A stretch of DNA of 34,330 bases, from NCBI GenBank assembly GCA_041984905.1, contig JBHIXE010000003.1, positions 1 through 34,330 on the forward strand, written 5' to 3'. The stretch comes from Verrucomicrobiales bacterium. Lineage in GTDB: Bacteria > Verrucomicrobiota > Verrucomicrobiia > Verrucomicrobiales > DEV007. A program made the position numbers and the translations under genes. Below are positions 11,693 through 17,848 of this stretch, in pieces. The notes under the pieces are model-generated. The model had not been told where the DNA came from and did not search any database. It saw nothing but the letters and a program-made list of their open reading frames with translations. Position 1 is the stretch's first letter. Each line of letters begins with the position of its first letter.

Positions 11693-12295
11693 ATGAAGTG
11701 CCCGCATTGCTCTTACGCCGTTTCCTACGATATCGCTCTCTGCCAGAATTGTGGCTACGACCTGGATGATGCCAGGGAGCGATTCGGAAGCCGTTGTTTC
11801 ACGTTCCGTCGCCTGATTCATCCTCGGGAGTTTTTCACCAAGGAAGAGCGCAATGGGCTGACGGAAGCGCTCCTTCGCCTGGAACAGCAGTTCCCTGAGG
11901 TGATCTTCGGAGCGTTCTTTGTCTCACTGGGCGATGAGGTGGAACTCAGCGAATTCGCATTCTGGATGCTGAACCACTGCAATCTGGAAGATGGCGAAAT
12001 CAGGTCACCCGAGAACTGCGCTTTCCTGATTCTGGATACGCATTCCCGGGCCGTCTGCTTTGCCCTGGGCTACACGTTGGAGCGAATCATTCCAGCGGCC
12101 GACCTTCATAGCGCTTTGCGTGATGGAGAGATGTATTTCTGCGAGTCGGACTTTGCTGGCGGAACTCAACGAGTTCTGCGGAAATTCGGCAAACTGCTCG
12201 GTAAACGTGCCCGCTCCGGTTCCCGGGTCCCCCGGCTTTGGGACGCGGACCTATTCTGGAACGGCGGGTACAAAGTCAATCCGGAGGGAGTCTGA
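11693..12295 (+). CDS. Zinc-ribbon plus TPM-like domain protein (no TM segment)
   Basis: N-terminal CPHCSYAVSYDIALCQNCGYDL (CxxC...CxxC). The remainder follows the TPM/TLP18.3 pattern: FFTKEERNGLTEALLRLEQQFPEVIFGAFFVSLGDEVELSEFAFWMLN...NCAFLILDTHSRAVCFALGYTLERIIPAADL...FAGG. Confidence 0.6.
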   Translation: MKCPHCSYAVSYDIALCQNCGYDLDDARERFGSRCFTFRRLIHPREFFTKEERNGLTEALLRLEQQFPEVIFGAFFVSLGDEVELSEFAFWMLNHCNLEDGEIRSPENCAFLILDTHSRAVCFALGYTLERIIPAADLHSALRDGEMYFCESDFAGGTQRVLRKFGKLLGKRARSGSRVPRLWDADLFWNGGYKVNPEGV

Positions 12296-12299
12296 AGCC

Positions 12300-13154
12300 A
12301 TGCTCGTCACCACTCAGTCCATGTTGATGTATCTTTGCATGGCCGGTGGTTTCGGCTTGGGAGGCAATCTGGGGTTCGAGGCGATCGAACTGGCGTCCCG
12401 GCAACCTGCAGCGGAACCGGTAGTGAAAGAGTTCCACTCCACCTATCTGGTGGATTCCAGTGGGATGCTGACCCAGACTCAGGCAGAGGAACTGGCCGAC
12501 TACCTGCAGCAACATGCCCAGCAGTCCTTGATCGATCTCTATGTTGTGATCCACCGGAGCAACAACCGGAATGTCCAGGCTCCCAAAGCGGCCGAAGAGG
12601 GGGGCGTCGTGTTGTTCTATGAATCTGGGAAACCGGAGAGAGCCCGGTTGCTCGCCTTGGGCAAGAGCACTGTCTTGGGCAAGGGCGTGACGGAATCCCT
12701 TCGAGATAGCTGCATGGAGTTGGCAGCGGCAGCGACGGCGCGGGAAGAGCAACTTGGCAAGTTTGTCGAGGGAATGACGACGCAACTCAAAGAAGTGGAG
12801 AAAGCTCTCGCCAAGGTGAAGAGTTATCAACGGTCCACGGTCCCCCAGGAGAGACCGAGTTCACCGGCGATCCAGCTTCTGGTGTTCAGCCGGTTGGGCG
12901 TTCTCCTCGCCCTGGGCATCGCCCTCGGTGGAGTCTGGAGCGTCTTTTCCTATCGCAGTTGGAAAGCGCGGAAGGAGCTGGAAGAGGCCCCGGTGCACCT
13001 TCCTGGCGTGAAGATTCATCCGCGGCTCGGAGCGCCTTATGGAGGTGGAAACCAGGCCGTGATGTCCTTCGGTCAGCCCGGTGAGACCACGCTGACCTGG
13101 AGATTGTCTCAACGCCTCCGGAAAGTCATCAAACGGATGCGAATCGCCCGCTAG
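12300..13154 (+). CDS. Membrane-anchored TPM-like domain protein
   Basis: The track ORF 12060..13154 overlaps the previous gene out of frame. The ATG at 12300, 5 nt after the upstream stop, gives a hydrophobic N-terminus (MLVTTQSMLMYLCMAGGFGLGG), a TPM-like core (YLVDSSGMLTQTQAEELADYLQQHAQQSLIDLYVVIH...GGVVLFYESGKPERARLLALG), a helical segment, a second TM (LLVFSRLGVLLALGIALGGVWSVF) and a basic tail. Confidence 0.55.
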   Translation: MLVTTQSMLMYLCMAGGFGLGGNLGFEAIELASRQPAAEPVVKEFHSTYLVDSSGMLTQTQAEELADYLQQHAQQSLIDLYVVIHRSNNRNVQAPKAAEEGGVVLFYESGKPERARLLALGKSTVLGKGVTESLRDSCMELAAAATAREEQLGKFVEGMTTQLKEVEKALAKVKSYQRSTVPQERPSSPAIQLLVFSRLGVLLALGIALGGVWSVFSYRSWKARKELEEAPVHLPGVKIHPRLGAPYGGGNQAVMSFGQPGETTLTWRLSQRLRKVIKRMRIAR

Positions 13155-13169
13155 TGGGCGAAAAGAAGA

Positions 13170-13197
13170 AACCCTCTCCCGGGAGTGGAAGAGGGTT
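13170..13197 (-). terminator. Probable intrinsic terminator for the blaR1-like gene
   Basis: AACCCTCT (13170-13177) pairs with AGAGGGTT (13190-13197). On the minus strand the hairpin is followed by TCTTCTTTTC. It lies 38 nt past the blaR1-like stop, in a convergent spacer. Confidence 0.45.
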
Positions 13198-13234
13198 CTG
13201 GAATTCTGATGCTGGTTCTTAAAACCGGAAGAGA

Positions 13235-14764
13235 TCAGCCGCGTCCCGAAGCCCGTATCTTGCGCCAGGCCTGGAACTCCTCGAAGTTCAGGAGCTTCTC
13301 TTTTCCGTCGACGTCCAGCTTCTCAATGATCTCTTCGAGATCGCGCATCTCGCGCCGGCTTTCTTCCTTCTCCGTCATGCCGGCGGCTTCTTCCGCGGAG
13401 ACGCCTCCGTTGCCGTCCTTATCATACTTCAGGAAGATCTTTCCTTCCTGGGTCCTGTATTTGGGATCGGAGGAGTCAAAGGCAGGGGCGGGAGCGTTGG
13501 GATCCTTGGATCCTTCAGGCTTGGGTGCTCCCTCTCCATCTTTGGGGCCGGTCTTCGTGCCTTCCCCGTCTCGAGGTCCGGTCTTGGTGCCCTCACCATC
13601 TCTGGGCGCGGTCTTGTTCCCGTCTCCGTCCCGTTTCACGCCGGCCTCGGCGCTGGGTTTCTTATCGGCGGACGCCTCAGCGCTGGGTTTCTTATCGGCG
13701 GAAGCCTCGGGAGAGGGTGTTCCACCGGGTTTCTCGTCCGCGATAGCGGAAGTGAATGTGAAAGCGCAGAGCGCGAGGATAGCCAGAGATGCCATCATTT
13801 GGATCCAGGCTTGAGGCGTTTGAGGTTTTGCAATCATGAGTAGTCTTTGTTTGATTTCAGATTGGTGGGGAAAGAATGGGATGAGAGCGGGTTGGCGGGC
13901 CGGGAGAGGATAGGCGGCCATCTTGAGCAGGGCTTCGCCATAGTCCCGGCGCTGGCCTTTCGGCAGTTGACGTACGGCCACTTCATCACAGCTCAGTTCC
14001 TGATCCGCCCGGAAACTCCGGGCCGCCAACCAGACCAGGGGATTGAACCAATGCATCGCTTGCAGCAGGAGAGCGATCCAGTTCCACAAGAGATCGCGGC
14101 GGCGGACGTGCCCAAGCTCGTGAAACAGAATTCCGCGCACCTCAGAGTCCGTGCAGCGGCTCATCAGATCCTCCGGAATCAGCAGATGAGTCGGACGGAG
14201 AAAACCAAAGATAGCGACGGTCTGTCCTGCCGGAACGCTAACGACGCTGAAGTTGATCGGAACCCTGGATGTCTGGGCGCATTGCAGGAGACATCGTCTC
14301 AACTGGGCATCCTGAACCAGGGGACGGCAATCCAGGTATCTCGCCATGCGGTAGTGACCCCAAAGGTTGCGCAGCACAATCCCCATGGCGACAGCCAGCC
14401 AGAGCAGTGCGCCGATTCTCCAGACGGAGAAGCTTGAAGCCAGGCCTGGTATGTCTTGGAAGGTGGAGCTGGCGAGCGCAGCTTGAAGAAAGGGATCTTC
14501 GGAGGGCGGCACTTCCACCAAGGACGGAACGGCAGTCGCTTCGGGCATTGGTTTGGGGAACCAATTGAAGACGCTGATCTCACTGGGCAACTCGAATGGC
14601 ATGAGTAGCCGTAGCGCGACAAGTGACCAGATGACGAAACGAACCTGGGGACTGAGGCGTTTTCCCAAGGGGATAAGCATCACGAGAACAAGAAGAATCA
14701 ATACGCCTCCGGCCAAAGAATTGCGGAGGGTCCATTCGAAGGCGGATTCAAGAAGCTCAGGCAT
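13235..14764 (-). CDS. BlaR1/MecR1-family M56 zinc-metallopeptidase signal transducer with a non-canonical C-terminal sensor (decapeptide repeats plus EF-hand pair)
   Basis: N-terminal TM segments and the M56 motif ILFHELGHVRRRDLLWNW. After the last TM (MMASLAILALCAFTFTSAIA) there is no PBP/transpeptidase-like domain. Instead: PEASADKKPSAEASADKKPSAEAG, RDGDGNKTAPRDGEGTKTGPRDGEGTKTGPKDGEGAPKP, then the EF-hand-like loops DKDGNGGVSAEE and DVDGKEKLLNFEE. The start overlaps the blaI stop by 8 nt (ATGCCTGA). Confidence 0.85.
   Translation of the reverse strand: MPELLESAFEWTLRNSLAGGVLILLVLVMLIPLGKRLSPQVRFVIWSLVALRLLMPFELPSEISVFNWFPKPMPEATAVPSLVEVPPSEDPFLQAALASSTFQDIPGLASSFSVWRIGALLWLAVAMGIVLRNLWGHYRMARYLDCRPLVQDAQLRRCLLQCAQTSRVPINFSVVSVPAGQTVAIFGFLRPTHLLIPEDLMSRCTDSEVRGILFHELGHVRRRDLLWNWIALLLQAMHWFNPLVWLAARSFRADQELSCDEVAVRQLPKGQRRDYGEALLKMAAYPLPARQPALIPFFPHQSEIKQRLLMIAKPQTPQAWIQMMASLAILALCAFTFTSAIADEKPGGTPSPEASADKKPSAEASADKKPSAEAGVKRDGDGNKTAPRDGEGTKTGPRDGEGTKTGPKDGEGAPKPEGSKDPNAPAPAFDSSDPKYRTQEGKIFLKYDKDGNGGVSAEEAAGMTEKEESRREMRDLEEIIEKLDVDGKEKLLNFEEFQAWRKIRASGRG
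13520..13711 (-). repeat. Two in-frame 30-nt tandem repeat arrays inside the blaR1-like CDS
   Basis: On the plus strand, units start at about 13520, 13550, 13580 and 13610 (ggtcttSgtgcc...; protein DGEGTKTGPR-like, about 4 copies) and at 13644 and 13674 (gcctcRgcgctgggtttcttatcggcgga; protein SAEASADKKP, about 2.3 copies). Read directly from the sequence. Confidence 0.8.
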
Positions 14765-15161
14765 CGTCTTGGTCGGGTGGTTCCTCCATGGAATCGAGGA
14801 GTTGTTTGAGCTCGTCCAAGTCTTTGGAACTCAGCTTTCTGCGTTCTGTGAAGGCTGCCAGAAAGGGGGCTACTTTGCCATCAAAGAAGTGGTCCAGGAA
14901 ACACTCGCTCGTAGCCTGTTCACAGGCTTTCTCGGTGACCGCGGGCCAATAGAGATATTCACGGCCGGATTTTTCGAAGTCCAGCGCGCCTTTCTGCACC
15001 AGGCGCCCAATCATGGTCTGAATGGTCTTCGGCTTCCAATCGGTCTGGGGCTCCAATCGCTCGATGACCTGAGCGCTGGTGGCCTTTCCCAATCGCCAAA
15101 ACTCCCGCATGACGAGCCACTCTGCGTCGGAGATTTGGGGGATGGAAGGTTCGTCCGCCAT
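14757..15161 (-). CDS. BlaI/MecI/CopY-family winged-helix transcriptional repressor
   Basis: 134 aa. ISDAEWLVMREFWRLGKATSAQVIERLEPQTDWKPKTIQTMIGRLVQKGALDFEKSGREYLYWPAV is the Penicillinase_R pattern. It is translationally coupled to the M56 gene. Confidence 0.9.
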   Translation of the reverse strand: MADEPSIPQISDAEWLVMREFWRLGKATSAQVIERLEPQTDWKPKTIQTMIGRLVQKGALDFEKSGREYLYWPAVTEKACEQATSECFLDHFFDGKVAPFLAAFTERRKLSSKDLDELKQLLDSMEEPPDQDDA

Positions 15162-15162
15162 G

Positions 15163-15178
15163 GATTACAGATGTAATC
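15163..15178. promoter_or_regulatory. BlaI-type operator dyad 1: GATTACA-GA-TGTAATC
   Basis: Read directly. Perfect 7-nt arms. It contains the TACA-N2-TGTA core known from staphylococcal bla/mec operators. It ends 1 nt from the blaI ATG (15161). Confidence 0.65.
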
Positions 15179-15187
15179 TGTTGTTTA

Positions 15188-15203
15188 GATTACAAGCGTA
15201 ATC
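15188..15203. promoter_or_regulatory. BlaI-type operator dyad 2: GATTAC-AAGC-GTAATC
   Basis: Read directly. Perfect 6-nt arms, centre 25 bp from dyad 1. On the minus strand it overlaps a possible -10 (TAATCT) with TTGTTC 18 nt upstream. Confidence 0.55.
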
Positions 15204-15253
15204 CAAGCAAGAACAAAATTGCAGCGTGGCGGAAAGTGCCTGATTGAACGGGC

Positions 15254-15277
15254 AAAAAAACCGGCCTAGTAACCGGT
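15254..15277 (-). terminator. Weak terminator-like hairpin plus T7 run after the small lipoprotein ORF
   Basis: The minus strand reads ACCGG-TTACTAGG-CCGGT followed by TTTTTTT. The stem is only 5 bp and includes the ORF stop codon. Confidence 0.3.
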
Positions 15278-15436
15278 GCAGGGCAGCGGGCAGCGTGGGC
15301 CTCCCCGGAATCCGTGGGGAACCTGGTCCGATTTTTCGAAGGTTCTCTTCCCCAGGTTGGGTTCGAAATCGTGAGTTTTGCAGCTCGCCACGAACAGAGA
15401 GCAGACCGCGAGGACAATAAGCAGAGAGGGCTTCAT
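15266..15436 (-). CDS. Small (56 aa) putative lipoprotein, not in the ORF track (below its length cut-off)
   Basis: Hand translation gives MKPSLLIVLAVCSLFVASCKTHDFEPNLGKRTFEKSDQVPHGFRGGPRCPLPCTGY*. It is a textbook lipoprotein signal peptide with lipobox VASC. ATG at 15436-15434, TAG at 15268-15266. It is followed by the hairpin/T-run above. The two longer track ORFs here (15165..15479, 15190..15417) are in other frames and look non-coding. Confidence 0.5.
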   Translation of the reverse strand: MKPSLLIVLAVCSLFVASCKTHDFEPNLGKRTFEKSDQVPHGFRGGPRCPLPCTGY

Positions 15437-15563
15437 GCTTCACCCTTAACCCAATCGGTTTATTGGCTGCAACTACCATTTCTCACGTGGTTGGTTAAAT
15501 TCTCCTGCGCTTATTGGGAGATTTCCGACAAGGCTGCCGTTGCATCCCGGGTCAGCTTCCCTC

Positions 15564-16670
15564 ATGATTCCGGCGATGCTGGAGTTGGTCGAAGAGTTGG
15601 TCGACACGATGAAGATAACCGTTCGAAAGCGCTTTGCTTTCAACCGGCTTCAAATCGTTGCGTACCCAGGCTTCCGGAATGATCAGCACATCTTCATTCG
15701 AGGAAGAGTGCTCGTGGGGAAGGACATCGAGAGCAGTGGCGAGGATCATGGGAAGGTCCGCAACTTCCGAAATATGGCGAAGAGGTTCTTCAGCACCGAG
15801 ATTCGGCACGCCCGTCTTCAGGTCGAATGGCAGGGGAAGAGCCGGGACATCTTTGCGGATTACGAAGGTTTCTTCTTCGAGAAACTGCCAGTCGAAGAGG
15901 GATTCAAGGGCAAGGTGCACCTGCGCCTGGTGGAGCCGAAGACTCGCGAGACGGTGGAAACCGAAGTGAGAATCCATCCCATGGCCGCCGATTCTGATCT
16001 CCTCATTGTCAGCGACGTGGATGATACCATTCTGTTGACGATGGCGAGACGAGCCTTCCGCATGCTGGCACTGACCATGTTCGGCAATGCGCACCAACGG
16101 CAAAGCTTTGCGGGAGTCGCCGCCTGGTATCACGCCTTAAGAGCCGGCGCGGACGGCAAGCGCAGCAATCCTTTCTTCTATGTCTCCAGCAGTCCCTGGA
16201 ATCTCTACGACTTCCTGGAGGAGTTCCTGCACATCAACGGGATTCCTCCGGGGCCGTTCTTCCTTCGGGATCACGGTCTCAGTGCCAAGGGCAGTCATCG
16301 CAGTCATAAGATGAACGCGGTGGAACAATTGATGGAGGTTTATCCCGACAAACCCTTCCTGCTGATCGGCGACAGCGGACAGCACGATCCGGAGATTTAC
16401 CGGGAACTGGTCAAGAAGCACCCCGACCGGATCCGGGGAGTGTTGATCCGGAATGTCACGAACCTCATTCCGGCTCGGAACATGGAAGTGGAGAGAATTG
16501 GAAGGGATATTGAAGCTGCGGGCTGCAACTTCAAGTTCTTCGAACGCACCGAGAAGGCTCTGGAAATGAGTTGGCGCTGGCGGCTCGTACACCCGCAAGG
16601 CCCCATGGCATCAGTCAGCCAGCTTCCAGAGGTGCCCGTCACTACGGACGAAAACGGCACCACCGGATAG
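15564..16670 (+). CDS. App1-family (DUF2183) phosphatidate-phosphatase-like protein
   Basis: DxDxT motif in LLIVSDVDDTILLT, then FYVSSSPWNLYDFLEEFL...GPFFLRD...LLIGDSGQHDPEIYRELV, as in the yeast App1 / bacterial DUF2183 family. The track start 15540 is a TTG. ATG candidates are at 15564, 15576 and 15609, so the start is uncertain. Confidence 0.75.
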   Translation: MIPAMLELVEELVDTMKITVRKRFAFNRLQIVAYPGFRNDQHIFIRGRVLVGKDIESSGEDHGKVRNFRNMAKRFFSTEIRHARLQVEWQGKSRDIFADYEGFFFEKLPVEEGFKGKVHLRLVEPKTRETVETEVRIHPMAADSDLLIVSDVDDTILLTMARRAFRMLALTMFGNAHQRQSFAGVAAWYHALRAGADGKRSNPFFYVSSSPWNLYDFLEEFLHINGIPPGPFFLRDHGLSAKGSHRSHKMNAVEQLMEVYPDKPFLLIGDSGQHDPEIYRELVKKHPDRIRGVLIRNVTNLIPARNMEVERIGRDIEAAGCNFKFFERTEKALEMSWRWRLVHPQGPMASVSQLPEVPVTTDENGTTG

Positions 16671-17819
16671 GGCCGGGGTGCAGAGGATCGTTTCCTTGAG
16701 ATCGATCGTGCTGGTGACCACGCCTTCCTCCCCAGAGAGGTCGACTATCTGGCCCAGGCCGTTCTCACTGAAGAGATAGATCTTGTTCCCGTGTGCCACT
16801 GGCGATGCGCTGTAGGGGCCTTCCGTGCGGATGCGCCAGAGCCGCTCGCCATCGGCAGCCTGTGCTGCCGCCAGAATTCCCGCTTTGCTGACTGAGTAGA
16901 CAACGTCTCCAATTGCCAGGGGACTGCCCGTGCCAGGAGCCATCTGGGCGTTCTTCCACAGAACCTCCGGCGGATTGCCTTCGCTCCCTGGTTTGATAGC
17001 GGTCAGTCCGCCGGCGGGAATATAGATAACGCCATCCGCGACCGCCGAAGAGGGAATGGTCGAGGCGCCGCTTCCGAAGTTCCACAGTTCGCTCCCAGTT
17101 GCTGGCACGACCGCAAGCAGGCCTTTCCCAGACTGCAGTGCGACCACCTCGGGTGAGGAATCCGTGGCTGGAATGACAATGGGCGAAGTCCAGTTGGCGG
17201 ACTTGGGCCGGGACATTCTCCACCGGTTCTGCCCCGTGGCGGTGTCCAGACCGGCGGCAAAAGACTCGGAGTCGTTTTCGCTTTGAACCACCAAGGTATC
17301 TCCGGAGATAACGGGAGAGGATGCCATGCCCAGGCTATTGCTGGCATTGGGATAATCATAGGTCAGGCCGCGCAGCCACTTGAGGTTGCCTTCCAGGTCC
17401 AGACAAATCAGGTCGTTGGACGAAAAGAGCGCATAAACGTGCTCGCCGTCACTGCAGGGAGTGGGCGCCGCGACGTTCGTTTTGTTGTGAGTCATGGTGC
17501 GCCCGGTCGCCCAGAACGAGCGGACCCAGTCAATGGATCCATCTCCAGCGTTGATCGCGTAGATCTTCAACTCGCCCTGATCCGGGCCCGTGGCGCAAGT
17601 CACAAAGACGCGGTCACCCACAACGATGGGGCTCGAGAGTCCACGACCAGGCAATTCGATGGACCATTGAATGGACTTCTCGGGATCGAAAGTGGAAGGG
17701 GGAGCGGCGTCGGAAGCATCGGCCACCCCGGAACTGAGTGGTCCGCGGAACTGAAGCCAGTCCGCGTGGAGGGCGGGGACGGCCAGGGCCAAGGTGGTTA
17801 GGATAAGAAAGGGGCGCAT
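16611..17819 (-). CDS. Secreted PQQ-like (BamB-like) beta-propeller repeat protein
   Basis: Signal peptide MRPFLILTTLALAVPALHA followed by DWLQFRGPLSSGVA, with repeated ...G.v.W... blades throughout (DGSIDWV, EGNLKWL, TGQNRWR, GSELWNF, DGERLWR). The 3' end overlaps the convergent App1-like gene by 60 nt. Confidence 0.8.
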   Translation of the reverse strand: MRPFLILTTLALAVPALHADWLQFRGPLSSGVADASDAAPPSTFDPEKSIQWSIELPGRGLSSPIVVGDRVFVTCATGPDQGELKIYAINAGDGSIDWVRSFWATGRTMTHNKTNVAAPTPCSDGEHVYALFSSNDLICLDLEGNLKWLRGLTYDYPNASNSLGMASSPVISGDTLVVQSENDSESFAAGLDTATGQNRWRMSRPKSANWTSPIVIPATDSSPEVVALQSGKGLLAVVPATGSELWNFGSGASTIPSSAVADGVIYIPAGGLTAIKPGSEGNPPEVLWKNAQMAPGTGSPLAIGDVVYSVSKAGILAAAQAADGERLWRIRTEGPYSASPVAHGNKIYLFSENGLGQIVDLSGEEGVVTSTIDLKETILCTPALSGGAVFVRSDGHLWKLAD

Positions 17820-17848
17820 AGGTCAGGAGACGTTGGGATGAGTGTGGC

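Noticed and set aside
13185-13814. 209-aa plus-strand Ser/Pro-rich ORF over the blaR1 repeat region
   Set aside because: It mirrors the in-frame 30-nt repeats of the minus-strand M56 gene. The minus frame continues from a bona fide HExxH peptidase and ends in EF-hand loops, so it is the real frame.
15350-15375. GGTTCGAAATC, resembling a tRNA T-loop
   Set aside because: The flanking 5-nt segments (TTGGG / TCGTG) cannot form a T-stem, and I could not fold an acceptor or anticodon arm from the surrounding 80 nt. It also lies inside the small lipoprotein ORF.
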